Under the pieces are notes generated by a model. That model worked only from the letters and a program-made list of their open reading frames with translations, did not search any database and was not told where the DNA came from. This document shows positions 1 to 13,598 of a stretch of 64,000 nt of DNA, one piece after another. Origin of the DNA: Rotaria socialis (lineage: Eukaryota); the NCBI GenBank assembly GCA_905331295.1, contig CAJNYD010000073.1:1-64000 (forward strand), given 5' to 3'. Each line of letters begins with the position of its first letter. The first letter of the stretch is position 1. The position numbers and the translations under genes were made by a program.

Positions 1-11
1 CGGGGAGGGGG

Positions 12-2986
12 TCATTTGTCCTGAACAAATTGTAGCCATATACCCAAGAGTGACTTATGATTTTTTATCAGATTTTTCACTCTTTTTAGTTGGAAGTAAT
101 GGCCTAGTCCATCATTTTTTCTTTTCTTAAAATCATTCCAGAAGGATATATCCTCAAAAAAGAGTGACGACGATAGATCTGACTTGTATATCTTGTTGAG
201 CCTCTTGGCGATGTATCTTTTTACGTATTGATCTAATTCTTTCTCTTGAGTAAAATTATGAAGTTCTTGTGCTCCTGCCCATGGGCATCGGTGGACTAAC
301 CTCAGTCCAGCTCTGTATTTCTTCTTAAGCATCTCTTTTTGTGTAGTCGGAAGAAAGGGAAAGAGACAAAAAAGCCAAGAGAAATAGGGGAATGAATATG
401 TAAAGAAACATTGCCGCAAAACTACGGTAGAGATCCCTCTATTGCGCTTCAACCACTTTAATTTAGTGTAAGATCGTTGAATCTTTTCTAAACAATTTGC
501 TATCGTTTTACACATGGATAATTTACTTGTCCAGTTATATCCGAGATACTTAAAATCTTTTACACATTCTAAATGGATATTGTTCATTGTTACTGTAAGA
601 GCTCTTAGATTTATTTGGGAGTGGAACACTTGAAAAACTGACTTTGAAATGTTTGTTGGTTGTTTCCACCTTCTTGCGTATTGAAACAACTTATTACATA
701 CTCTGGAGCCCTCCTGTTCCAGGAATTGAAGCCTAGGTTCTAATTTCTTTCCGATTGGTGCTCTAATTAATACGTTAAGGTCATCTGCAAAAATATGTGT
801 CGGAAAGGCACCTGTGCATTTTATGAGATCCGAGTGAAATATGATAAAAATAAAGGGACTCAGACTACTTCCTTGGGGGAGTCCTATTGACAATGAAAAC
901 TGATTAGTGTTGACGTCTCCGTAGGTGACAAATGCTGACCGTTGAGATATCCAAGACCATAGTATTTTCAAAATTTCCTTTGGGATATTTAATCAATTTA
1001 GTTTTACAATTAAGGCTGCATGCCAAACTTTGTCATATGCTTTCTGATAGTCTACATATATAGATAGTGTAGGGACATTGGCAACCAGATTATTTTGTAT
1101 TTCTTGATAGATTGACAAAACTCTTGTTGGAATTGAACAATTCGGCCTAAAACCAGACTGTTCAACAGGAATAATGCTATTCAATTCTGCCCAATTCCGA
1201 ATTCTTACTAATAAAAGTTTTTCGAAAATTTTTGAATGTGTTGCTAAGAGAGATATAGGGCGAGTTTGATCGCTACTAGGAATACCAGTCTTTAATTTGT
1301 TTAAGCTAATAACTTTGGCCACTTTCCAATCATGTGGAAATCTACATTCTTTTAGCCATAGGTTAAAACAATTCCAGAGACATTGCAAATAACCGGGAGG
1401 AAGTAGCTTGAGCATAAAATTCGATATCGAGTCATACCCTGCTGATTTTTTTGGCTTAAGAGACTTTATTGCATAACAAATTTCTTTAATATTTGTCTGT
1501 TCTATTTCCATCGAGTTAGAAAAGGATTTTAATATATCTTGGAATTCATTTTCAATCTCTGAATCGTGGGGATCGTTTCTATCAATATATGGAGGTTGAA
1601 ATTGATCAGTATAATATTTATATAATTCTTGTGCTATTATTTCTTTATCTGATATAATCTTATTGTTCACCTTCAGTTTTGCGAATGGAAGTGATTTTTG
1701 TTTATATAATTTTCCTAAATGTGACCAGAAGTTTACATCATTTTTTGTTTTACTTTCTTGAATTTTCTCAAAGAAATTAGACCAACGTTTTGATCGATAA
1801 TTTGCTATATCTGCTTGTACTTCTCTGTTTAATGTTCTCAATAGAATTCTTTCTGCTTCATTGTCAATATCATATCTTCTTTTCCTATAATAATTATTTC
1901 TTACTTTTCTTAACTCCTTAAGTTTATTCCGAATAAATTCCGGTAGAGCTGGTCTAAATTTTTCTTTGTTTTTCCAAGTTGTCACTCGGTTTTTTGCTGC
2001 TCCTAAAAACCTAATGTACAGTTTGTACCAATCATCTAGTGTAATAGATTTTTGAAGATCGAACCAAAAATCCTGAAGTAAACATAAGAGAACTTCATAT
2101 TCTTTCCAACTTGTATGAGGAAACGAAGAGTGAGTATGATAGCTAATTGTATTGGAAGTATATATGATGGGCCAGTGGTCGCTAGTCCCAAAGGCAATAG
2201 TCTCTCCTTTTACATTCCTGATATTTGTAAAAAGATGATCGATGTTTCTTTTAGAGCGCCTCGAAGAGTTAAAGGTATTTTTTACATATAAGAGATCATT
2301 TTCTTCTATCCATTCTTTCAGTAAAAATGAACGATTGTCATCGGTAGGACTTCCCCAGTCCATTGCTGCTGCATTAAAATCTCCAGCTATTAGTGTGTTA
2401 TTGATAACAAAATTGGATAGATCCATTAAGTTTCTCTGTTGGCTTGCAGGCCAATAAATTCCAATTATTCTAAGTGGTTCACTTAGTCCATAGATATCAA
2501 CCACGACTGTATTTGGAATAGATGAATCTATTTCCACTCCTTTCAAATTTTTCCTAGACATATACAAACACCACCGGATCTATTCAGCCCAGCTTGATAG
2601 AAGGTGTCGTAATCGGGAATTTTAAAATCATGTCCTTGTTCACCAACTTCCGTAAATATGCATATAGAGGTCTCTACCGAATAAATTAGATCGATTACTT
2701 CTAATCTACGTGTTTTCCAACCTTCTACATTATATAAACAATTTTTTAATGGATCTACAAAGGAGGAAGAATTAAAACTTTTAACGTCCATGTGAACGCG
2801 TTCCCAATGCTGCAATAATACATTCAAGGACATAGAGTGCCACTCTGTTAAATAATTTGATATTTTTTCTATCATCTTCTCGGAAAACCCCCAGATTCTT
2901 AGTCGTTCAATATCTTTTTTAACCTTATCTACTACTGAATGAGGATAAAAAGCACTTGCATTAACATTTAAAATAGATATTGTCAT
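12..2986 (-). pseudogene. LINE ORF2 (AP endonuclease + reverse transcriptase), one frameshift (~2547-2551) and one in-frame TGA (993-995)
   Basis: GGVCICLGK joins NLKGVEIDS by removing one A from an A5 run. IVKLN*LNIPKEILKILW reads in frame through the stop. Confidence 0.9.
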
Positions 2987-2991
2987 TGTTA

Positions 2992-5029
2992 CTAATTATC
3001 ATCTACCATCCGGTCCGAATCTTCTATTAAGGTTGGTGTATCATTTGATGGTGATAACGATGATGGTTGGTTCCGATTAATATTGTTAGTAAAAGGTACT
3101 GCTGAAGTAATATTATTGGATTCTTGTTTGTTGTAACCAATGTTAAAATTCATTCGCATATGATCTGCATGTATACGAAACGGAGCTTCCAGTTCTTGAA
3201 GAGCAGAAGATATTTGTTGTTTCATTTCCCGCTTCGAATTTGGAATAAGGTTTATCAATGGGAGTACTACATTTTGTGAGATTTTTGTGATTGTTGAGTT
3301 AATTGTACACAAGCTAACTTGATGTAATTGAATATTGCTTGAGTTAATATTAATTTTTTCATCTAGTGTTTTCAAAATGAATTCTTTAATGGAATGGATT
3401 TCATTTTTAAAATCTTGGTCCATCTTTATCAGCATTGAAGTAATTGAAGTGCTGGACTTTATACTGTTGTTTGTTATTGATTGCGAGTTTGTACGTGGCC
3501 ATGTATTATTATCTAACATTTTAACGTTATTGTTGTTGGTCGATGATGAAGGATAATCAATATCATAATTTGATTTTGAATATGGTATTTGATGTTGATG
3601 ATGATGGAGTTGAACAGTTCTTCTATTAATTGTACCATCGATAACTGCTTGTTTTACTTCTTGATTGAGTTTTTGTCGATAATTTTGTATATATTCACAT
3701 TTGGGATCGAGTGAATGATGATCAAGCCCCGCATTGTGCACAACAAGGAATACCCGAGCACATGCTAGAATGATCTCGATCGAAAACTCCAAGGCAAATT
3801 CGACATTTACGAACATTTGAATTACAAGAAGAACGTAAATGACCGATTTGCCAGCAATTGGTGCAAAAAGTTAATTTGTTCGCTGGCAGATATCTTGTAA
3901 TTGGATGAAGGCGATTTGCAATATTTAAGCGACCTAATTTTAATGCACCTTCGTATTCAACTAAATCTGAAACTGTAAATCTTATATCTTTGTTGGGACG
4001 ATTAAATGAATACATAATTTGTTTGAAATTGTCGGCCGAATTGATTGAGCATTTAATTTCATCAGCAACATCTTGAATTGACAGGTCCAGGGGAACATAT
4101 CGTACTACCAGTGTAAAGCATTCAGGAACAAATTTTGGTTTGATCACTTCTATTTTCTTTCCATTAATTGATGATGGCCATTTGTCCGTTCGGACAAGTG
4201 TTGCATAATCTTCCATGTTATTGACAGCTATCTTTAAACGATGTCCCACAAACAGAGCAACCGAAAACCCATTTATATCAATGTTGTTTTTGTTAAAATG
4301 GTCTTTAATTAAATCACAAGCAATAATTGCTGACGGAAGATTACGTAAAGCAATGCTACTGTCAAACTGGATCACAAAGCAGGGGAGATTACACCCAACT
4401 GCTCTTTTCAATTGATCAATTGGGATGTTATATGATTTGTTGATGTTTGTTTTTGTTGTTGTCGTTGTTTGACAATAATTAGAAGACATCATCTTTAAGT
4501 TTGAACCTTGAGATGGTTTACTACCTTTAGGCGAGGACCTATTTGTTTGTTGCCGATAATTTTCATCTTCATGTCTAGGTTTTTTCTTCTGCTCAGTTGA
4601 TTTATTTAATCGATCTCTACTTCTCTTGGGAGTTGAGTTTGACTTTTCCGGAAGATGGTAGTAGTTATCAGGTGTTATAATAGCAGTACCATAATTATGA
4701 TTCAAGTTGTTATTCGTATGATGATTCATCATATTTATTGATGACGCTTCATTGTAAGCATGTTTGTTTGTTTTATTTCCATGTAAAAGGTGATTTTGAT
4801 GCACTGGAACATAAAATTTGACATTAAGATTAATAATTTGAGCCTGTTGTGTATTGTTGGATATGGTGTTGGGTGATTCTTCAATTAATGTTGTTGAAAA
4901 CTGATTTTTGCTTATTGTACTTGAATTGATATCTTCATCTGTTGTTATACATCTATCATTAAATCCCTTTCTGTTCTTGTTGAAATCATTGTATCTTTTT
5001 TGTTTTTGCGAGTACATGATTGAACTCAT
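2992..5029 (-). pseudogene. LINE ORF1 (gag-like, 3 zinc knuckles), frameshifted near 3727-3730
   Basis: ORFs 3722..5029 and 2992..3816 join into CAQCGLDHHSLDPKC if one G is removed from the GGGG run on the minus strand. Confidence 0.85.
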
Positions 5030-5160
5030 TTAATAAAGAAAATTCAAGGGTGAAGAACCTTGAATCTTGAACACGTTACCTCTGCTGATCAAACAAGCGA
5101 GGAACGAGTGTTGAGAAAAGAGAAGAGGAAGAAAATGTTTCACATTGTGCTATCACACAG

Positions 5161-5887
5161 TAATTCTCAAGAGACCTTCAGTTCATATTGGCTCATAAGC
5201 TGACCCATTTGAAGCTCTGCTGTATAACTGTATTGTTAAACATTCGATAGAGCAGTTAACTATGTTCTATAGACAAGATAGATAATGTAATGCATCATGA
5301 TCATTTGGAATTTATTTGTGATTACTCGAGGGTACTATTATCCTAACATCTTTACACCTATGTTATTACTCCATAAGTCCTATATCTTTGTCTATATCTG
5401 CATACTATTTTATATCTACATATATCCTTATCTCTATGTATTCATATCTAGGATGCTTTTATGTTCATATTCTTATATATGTACTCTTGTTCGTATAGCC
5501 TTATATATCCAGTCTTATAATTCCATATTCGTAACTGCCGAAAACCTATACCTATGTAGCTTATTCATATACTCTTATGCCTATCGACTCATACCTATGC
5601 TATAATTCTTGTGTTCTTTCTTGCATGCTTATTTCTGTGTACTTAGTTGTGTAGTATTATACTCGTATCCTTATATTTACATTCTATATATTAGTACATC
5701 GATACGATACCATTATGTCTATGTATCTGTACCTTTAATCTTAGACCTGCACTCAATTAGATAAATTTTCTAAACTTTTTAAAATAATAATCTGATTTAT
5801 TTTAAACAAGCTAACTTAGTATCTTGGAGAAGCAAATATATGCGTAACAATTTTCTCTATATGAGCGGCATCAATCAATCAATCAAT
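5161..5887 (+). mobile_element. Probable 5'-truncated LINE 3' end (degenerate coding tail, low-complexity 3' UTR, (ATCA)n tail), head-to-head with the large LINE
   Basis: Ends in atcaatcaatcaatcaat (5870-5887) and is preceded by a TATATC-rich degenerate tandem region (~5380-5700). Microsatellite tails are typical of several LINE clades. The left boundary is approximate. Confidence 0.45.
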
Positions 5888-7694
5888 TTTGAAGATGGTA
5901 AAAAGGAGTAACATACCAAAACGAATTTTCAACCAAAAAGCGGAAATGAAGCATTGTTTGGCGAATAGCTTGTGTAAAAAATAATATTCTATACTTCTTT
6001 GTTCCAGTTCAGGTGAACTTTGTTACGAAAATATGAGTTCATGAATTTTTTAAAGAACGTAGAAGAAAAAAGAAATATAAATTTTCATGACATGTCGATT
6101 TGATAATAGGAAGAATCAGAGATAGAGCAATACATAAAGAGAAAAAGACTGAAGACAATAAGAACCAAAAGCATTATTTTTATCCTTATTACTACTGATA
6201 AATTATATGTTTGAAGAAAATTGAAGCAACTAGAATTGATAAAATAAAATCTGCTGAATGAATTTTGTATGTACTTCAGTCACTACAGAGAGAAAAGAAC
6301 TAAAAATATTCGTTAAACAATATCACATAACTGAAAGTTGATAAAAATGCGAGTCTAAAACTTTGCAAGTAACAAAAATAAAATGGATAATTAATTATAT
6401 AAGAACTAAATTTTGTTAAATAAAGAGGCTATAGTGAACTAATAACTGATCGGGTACACCAGTATCCAAGGAGCGAAAAATATTTTGAGTTATTTATAAG
6501 AAATGACAGCACGAGAACCTATTTAGTCTTGTGAACATCTTTTAGTATGTATGTTTAATAGTGATAACGACGAAAAGCACGTAAATTTCGAAATAATTAC
6601 CCATTTTAATGCTTTGGAATATTGTAACGCATTTTAACTTGTTTAAAACTCACTGAATAACGGCGTTTTAATGATAATATTTCGTTTAAACACTGTTATT
6701 ACAGAACCTTAAGGCGTTTAAATACGTTAATTTTTAACGTTTGTCTGGCTGAGCAGCTACACTTCTTTATTTGTCAATTTTTTTTTAAATTTTAGAGAAC
6801 TATTTGTTAATGAGAAGGGCGAATGTTCAAATGAAAGCTTTCAATTGAGTTAAGCCACAAAAAAACCTGCATATCATATCATGGAGTTTCGTTTCATTGA
6901 GACAGAATTTAAGCTAATAATATCTGTTAGTGCAATCATTAGAATACATAAGTATCGTCAAAAAACAAGAGATACAAATCAAGTAGTTTTTATAGCTTAT
7001 ATGCTGCATATCTTCATTATAAAGTTCCAGTAGAAAATAAATAAGACACTGACTATGTATGAGAGGAAAATTAGCATAAAACCATAACTTATTTTTTATG
7101 CCATCGCTTTTTACTATCTATCTAATTATACAGATTTCCAATTTGTATGAGTACAGAATTGTTCTTCATGATTTCAGAACTGACCAACAATGTAATATAC
7201 TTTTTTTGAAGCTGGCTGTTATATTAAACACGAACGGGTTAAATTGAGTGCGTTTGAAGCATAACTTTAATTTATGTTAATGACTATACTACAATCACAG
7301 AGTATCTGTAGTTAACTCACAGCTTTAAATTCATAAAGAGTCGAACAGTGCACTTTGTTCTGACAAAACTTTCAACCTTCGGTGTGTAAATATGCGACGG
7401 AGGAAAAAATACTCATCCTCAGTTATGTAGACAGAAATATTTCATCCGAAATTATTTTATAATACCACATGAGACCGCAGTTGGCACATAGTAACACAAG
7501 AATAATCAACAAATACTATGAATATTTCGTATTAGGTCTTTAATAGATTCATATCATTTTATTATGTGACAAAAAAGAGGGTAGTATTATTCATTTAATA
7601 AACTAAAGATTACATGATTGATGACCCAGTCATGACTGGAACTGGTGAATACCTAATCGAGGCTAAGATATAAATTAAATAATAATGAAGAAAA

Positions 7695-9059
7695 TTAATG
7701 TCGAATGAGAATTTTGAGATGATTATGAACATTAAAATGACTATTATCAGTATATGTTTCATCTTCATTATAGAGTTGTAATAATGGAATAATTGCTGGT
7801 ACATTATATGTAATATCATGAAATATACCAGTTAAATCATGTACAATATATCCATTGAGTTTATTTATCATAGATGTTATTACATTTTTATATAAACGAA
7901 ATTGTGTATCAAGTATAAAATCATCATGTAATTCTTGAATTGATGTATGAAAATCTTCTTTAACATATCCAGATGTTCCAATAAAATAGATTGATTTAGT
8001 TTTTATTCCATTTGGTTTAATATTATAATTAATTAACTGAACACTATATTCATATCGATGAATAGTTTCAATATCAATTCCACCTATAATAGGTCTTGAA
8101 TCAGTTTCTTTCATATCAATACCCGAAAATAAAAGAATAAAACCATTATTTTTAATTAATCGAATAGAATCAATAGTATTTGCTTTTCTATTACTTGTAG
8201 CAACAATAATTAAATCATATTCAATATCATTATTAAAATAATCTTCATTAACAACATTTATTTTTAAATTTCTTATATGTTTTGCTAATTTTCGTCGAAT
8301 TGGATCAATATCAGTTATAGTAATATGTAAATTCGGATAAATTTTTTGAATATGTATTGCATGAATAATACCCATTGGACCAGCACCAAGAATAAGAACA
8401 TTCTTTATAGTTTTTATATTAAAATTATTTTGTTTTTCTAATAATTTATAACCACGTTGAACACAAGCTAACGGTTCAATTAAAACCATTTGATCATAAT
8501 AATCATTTAGATTAGTTGTTTGTTGAATAATTTCATTTGCACCAATAATTTTATTTAATGTATATTCAGGAAAATCCATTTTATTTGCAAATACTCCATT
8601 TATATGAATTCCCATATGTTTCATTTGACAACTAAGATTTGGTAAACCTCTTTTTAAATAAATATCATTTTCTTCAACAAAATGTGGACCAAGAACAACT
8701 AAATCACCAATTTTTAAATCATTTTGTTTATTATTATTTGATAATTCTTCAATAATTCCAATACCTTCATGACCTAAAACAGTTGATTGATTTATTGTCG
8801 ATTGTTTTGTTCCAGCTAAAACACGTCGATCAGAATTACATATTTGTGAACGAATTAATTTAACACGACAATAGCCTGATATTGGTTTCGATGGAAGTTC
8901 AAATTCTTGTGTTAAAGTAGGTATTGAATTTTGAAAATTAGATATTATTGCCATTGTTGTTGTTGTTTGTTTTGAGATTGATTTTTCTTCGGAAAATTTT
9001 ATTTTTGGTAAATGTTCATATTCGTATGATTTTTGTTGTTGTAATAGTGTTACGACCAT
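7695..9059 (-). CDS. Zinc-dependent medium-chain dehydrogenase (sorbitol/threonine/cyclitol dehydrogenase-like), intronless
   Basis: Catalytic Zn ligands C(NSD), VLGHEGIG and LIEPLAC; Rossmann GAGPMG followed by acidic DID; 454 aa uninterrupted ORF. Confidence 0.88.
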   Translation of the reverse strand: MVVTLLQQQKSYEYEHLPKIKFSEEKSISKQTTTTMAIISNFQNSIPTLTQEFELPSKPISGYCRVKLIRSQICNSDRRVLAGTKQSTINQSTVLGHEGIGIIEELSNNNKQNDLKIGDLVVLGPHFVEENDIYLKRGLPNLSCQMKHMGIHINGVFANKMDFPEYTLNKIIGANEIIQQTTNLNDYYDQMVLIEPLACVQRGYKLLEKQNNFNIKTIKNVLILGAGPMGIIHAIHIQKIYPNLHITITDIDPIRRKLAKHIRNLKINVVNEDYFNNDIEYDLIIVATSNRKANTIDSIRLIKNNGFILLFSGIDMKETDSRPIIGGIDIETIHRYEYSVQLINYNIKPNGIKTKSIYFIGTSGYVKEDFHTSIQELHDDFILDTQFRLYKNVITSMINKLNGYIVHDLTGIFHDITYNVPAIIPLLQLYNEDETYTDNSHFNVHNHLKILIRH

Positions 9060-9397
9060 TATTTTTATTTATATTTGATATTATCGAGATAATCAAGGCT
9101 TGATGATGAAAGTTCTTTATATTTCTATTTTTCATTTTCTGCTTATATATACACGTATATATAATGTTGAATCTTTCAATGAATGGTAAAGTCCCACTAC
9201 CTAAATGACACATTACCCATGATGAAATATATCATTGGCTCATAATTGACAGTAATAGATAATGATATGATATTAATAGAGTTCTTTATGGGAGAGAATA
9301 GAATGAAAGATTTGTCCCATGCAATGAATTGCTTTGTTACATCATGTTTCATGCTAATTTTCCCATTCGATGGAATTGGTAACTGATCCTATCAGAC

Positions 9398-10177
9398 TAG
9401 AGATGGCATTTTTCTTTCTTTCCTGAAAGGAAAGCAAAACTAGAACTTTCATTTCTATTTTCAAAAGAAAATTATGAAGCAAGAGGGGAGGGTCAAGTAG
9501 TAAAAACTTTTGAGGGTATATTATTTTTTTATTAGATGAAGTTCTGCGAAATATATCACTTTAATATTTTCTGAACATTTTTTTCTTCTTTTTATATGAT
9601 ATAGATCTCTTTTCCTATTCTTCTTCCTTCGAAAATCACACTGTTTTTCATTTTCTCTTTAATTTCTTTAATTTTACTCTTTCTCATTATTTTTCAAGAT
9701 TTTATCCCATTTTAAAGTATAGAGTGGATGATTGAGAAAAAGCCATAGATAAATAGTTAATAAATGAAAGATAATATTAGTACTCATGCATTCGATTTGT
9801 AACTTCTGCTTGTTCATGTTGTTTGTTAAGACACGTTGGAAATCCGAGGTGTTTTTCATCAAGACAAATTACATCTTTCTATCTCATTTTTTTGATAAAT
9901 ATATATTGAAAAGTTAATCGAGCTTCAACTTCAAACGCACATCAAAGTCTTCCTTTGTTAATAAAACATAATGATAAAGATTTTGAGTAGTCGTTCGAAA
10001 GAGAAGCAGCAGAAAGGCGATGTAGATAAACGTTTAAAGACTGTTTGGAAAAAAAAGATAGAAAAATTCAGTAAAAGACAAATGATTTGCAGTAAGGAAA
10101 AGATACAAAAATTTTGCAAACAATCAACTAGTAAAATATTTTAATTTTCCTTTTCGAAAGCAAAGGAAAAATGTCAT
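9398..10177. mobile_element. Degenerate hAT-like MITE
   Basis: Left end TAGAGATGGCATTTTTCTTTC matches the inverted right end GGAAAAATGTCAT. Flanks tatcagac (9390-9397) and tatcagtt (10178-10185) resemble an 8-bp TSD. Confidence 0.45.
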
Positions 10178-13100
10178 TATCAGTTCTATATCGAACATTG
10201 CCTTTGGTTGATAATTTTGTTTTCAAAATCTTCAATCAACATATATAACTTTCTCTTGTTCAATTAGTTTCGTTTTTCTTTTCATCTATTTGTGTGTCTT
10301 GAAAACTGTTTTTTCTGTGTGTTTTATTACTATTATTATCGAATCAATTGATTACTTTTCCAAAATAAGAAATAACGAATATGAAAGACTATTATCCATT
10401 GTCATAGTCATTTCAGGATGTTTAAATCAGTTTAACTAATCGATTCATATAATTTATTGAATTATCAAAGTTGATCAGTTAATCATGTTTTACTTTTCGT
10501 GAAGGTCTTCTTAGCAAATCTTCAAGATGAAATTGTTATATGAGAATTTCTAAAATTTGTAAACGTTCATAAAATATTCCTAGTATAATCGAGAAGATAA
10601 AGTCGAGTCATATAACTCTGGTTCTTCCAGGAGTAAAAGTTTAGTTCAGTTAGGAGAATCTTCATTCACTCATCAAAAATATTTTATTTGTTTTCTAAAT
10701 CATCAGATACTCTTTTCGAAATATTTTACTCATGAAAAACTAACAAGTATTGATCTAGTTGTGTCAAGTCAGTCACAGTTCAATTTAGGTTTTGATAAAG
10801 TTCAATTCATCTTACATTCACTTTTTTCGTTGTAAAATCAATTTAATTGTTTTTTTAAAGATCATAAAGAAAAAGAAAAGATATGACAGTTCTTAATATA
10901 CTTCTCTTGGATAAAATGAAATCAACGAGTCGTTATCATGCATATAATACAGTGGAACTTTTCTGCGAAAGATTTTACACTCATCTATTGAGTTTCGACT
11001 TGTGAAAAACTACTCTAGAAATTAATTTATAATCAAAAGTTATACAATCAACATATACAAATGATAAATTTATTTTTATCAAGTTGATCGAGAGCAATGC
11101 ATAGAGATCTACTTTTAAAAAAGAAATTGTTAATGCTTTTTTCATGAGAAAATTCAATAAAGTTGTTGGAAATCAGGCTACTTTTTTGATAGAAGTAATG
11201 AGAAGCAAAAATGTCTAATATTCTTTCATCAAAACTCTTATATAACATGACGACTTTAGACTGAAATCAAAGCAAACTATTATGTTTATCATAATGAAGA
11301 ATAGGATAATAGTTTCTTACATGAGACATTGATGTAGAATATTTTTTCCATACGATGGGATAGAATATTTTTTTATCCCATTCAACTCTGTGCATTATAT
11401 ATGTATTGCATGCAAGAAAATAATCGACATGGATTCATCCACTACAAACACCAATCGAATTCTTCGGTTGTATCAACTAATAAAAAAGTTTAATATGAAT
11501 TATTCATACTATCCATAGAATATTTACAATTTCTTTGTAGTTATCATTTGCATGCTGTACACTTTATCATTAGTGATATTGAAACTTCGAAAACTAAATC
11601 CTTTTTAAGTGAAAAACTTCTGAACATCGTTGAGAACATGGACGAAAAATTAAGATTTTCTTTGAATATATTTAAAAATATGAAGTAATAACATGAAAAA
11701 AAAACCACCATATATATGTTGCAATTGAGATTGGAATTTAGTTGAGATTGGAATTGCATTTTTGTTTTTGTTTCTTTATTTATTTGTGTTTTGAACTATG
11801 TAAAGTTTTGTTTTCTTTTTATATCAAGTATGTTTATTTGTTTTAAACTAAAAACTATACCATTTTGGAATGTGATCAATAACAAATATTCATCAATAGT
11901 TTTCTTGCATCTTTGTTTCTTTCTAAATTGTTTTTAATTTACCATTTATAATAATAAAAAGATATTGCTGAATGCTGGAATATGAATGCTTGAAAACTTT
12001 TGGGACGCTGGGACATACATAATTGGTTAAAACGAATTTGAGAATCGCTGAGGCATTTTTTCATAGAGGCTTAAGTTTTTTCAAAACTGGGGATGTGGGG
12101 GCACAACAGGTACGTAGAAACAAATTCAAAAGAACTTTGTTATTTGGGTTTTGTTTTTTTTTAGATATTTTTCTGACTTGGAGCAATGTCAAAAAAGGAA
12201 AGAAAATTTTCTTTGGTTTTGTTAATGGTTTAATGTTGAAAAAGTGCAAGGAAGACTTTTTTCAAAAATTTAATTTTCTTTTGTATTATTATGTGTTGGT
12301 ATAATGTCAGTCTAAATTTTTATGTGATTGGTTGCAGTGAAGGTGGATAGTCAAATACTTCATTTGGGAAACATTATTTGTGAAACCGACAGCGTGTATA
12401 ATATATTGACGAATGGTTGTAATAATCGTTTGATAATTATTCATTCTCAACATTATCAAAGAATTTGTATTCAGGGTATTTAAGGCTTTTGTATTGATGT
12501 AGCCTGATCGGAAAAAATTGTTTAAGTTGCATTGTTTTATGCTTCTTTATAAGAATATATCACACATTCATTTTTATGTGTATCTGTGATTCTCAATTTG
12601 CGGTATTATAAATGAAACTTTTCTTGCATTATTACGGTTTTATCGTAACATCTTTTAAAATCCTTTTTGTATCAGTAACAGTGGTGTGAAAAACTTAATT
12701 TTAATTAATTGTATATTTTTAGACGAGTGATAGCTATATTCAATATTAAAAAGTATTCTGTATTATAAATCTGATATTATTCGTGATAATGATGTACATA
12801 TTACGGCAGACAAGTTGTTTTCGTTTGTTCAATATTAATTTTCGACATTTCATCAGTGAGTATTCGAGAACAAATGCTACATAGTCTTTAACTGTATAAT
12901 AACAATTAGGATAATAGAGACACTTTGACTTAATAATGAATTACAGAGCAAAAAGAGATATTGTTATGGCAGATTATTTTGAAAATTTCCGCGAAAAACA
13001 AAATTAGGGTTCATTGAAATCTTCTAATTCGATGATAATTCGATAGTTTTATCATAAACAATGCTCAACAATGAAGTAAATTGTCCATTAAATTTTTGTA

Positions 13101-13485
13101 GTTTGGATTAAAATCTCATGAAAAGTGAAATAAAGGAATCTATGTAGAATGAAAATTGATTTTTGAAGATTTTTTTTTCGACAAAAACAATAGATTATTC
13201 TCGATTTATAAGATTTCGAATCATTATAGTTTTTATTTTGTATGGGACAAATTCGATTATTATCTACTATAATCTGATATTGTTTCAAAATGTATGTATA
13301 AATAATACGATACATTGAAATGAGTATTAATTAAATCTGTCAAAATGGCAATGTAAGTTTTCTACTATTTTCATTTAGAATTAGTCATTGAAGCGTTTTT
13401 TTTCTATGCAAGAAATTGCAGCATTCGTGATTCTTCGTTTTTGAAATAATTAAATAATTTTTGTTTTATTCCCTTTTCTGAAAGA

Positions 13486-13598
13486 AGGGTGTGGGTGTGG
13501 GTGTCAGTGTGGGTGCGGGTGGGAATGGAAAGTAGATCACATTCACCTATAACCACAGGCATAACAACAGCCCGCACACACCCACACCCACATCCCAC
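13486..13598. repeat. Telomere-type inverted repeat element (GGGTGT)n-spacer-(ACACCC)n
   Basis: agggtgtgggtgtgggtgtcagtgtgggtgcggg ... cccgcacacacccacacccacatcccac. Confidence 0.85.

Larger units (their letters stand above)
12..5029 (-). mobile_element. Non-LTR retrotransposon (LINE, Jockey/I-like organisation): gag-like ORF1 plus APE endonuclease/RT ORF2; near full length, inactivated; 3' UTR runs off the window
   Basis: ORF1 has CCHC knuckles (CTNCWQIGHLRSSC, CRICLGVFDRDHSSMC, CAQCG/LDHHSLDPKC). ORF2 has APE motifs (YNVEG, TE, GDFNA, IDH, SDH) and RT motifs (RPISLL, EQSGFR, DYQKAYDKV, GLPQGSSLSP, FADD, YLG). The clade is inferred from domain order only. Confidence 0.93.

Noticed and set aside
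5297..5605. 102-aa Tyr/Ile-rich ORF
   Set aside because: It is a translation of low-complexity TATATC repeats with no protein motif.
10380..11330. Possible decayed F-box/LRR-like gene on the minus strand
   Set aside because: It has too many stops and no motif that I can support.
13404..13598. ORFs rich in GCGC/HTHT/HPHP (also 55723..55911 and 61110..61511)
   Set aside because: They are translations of the telomere-type repeats, not metal-binding proteins.
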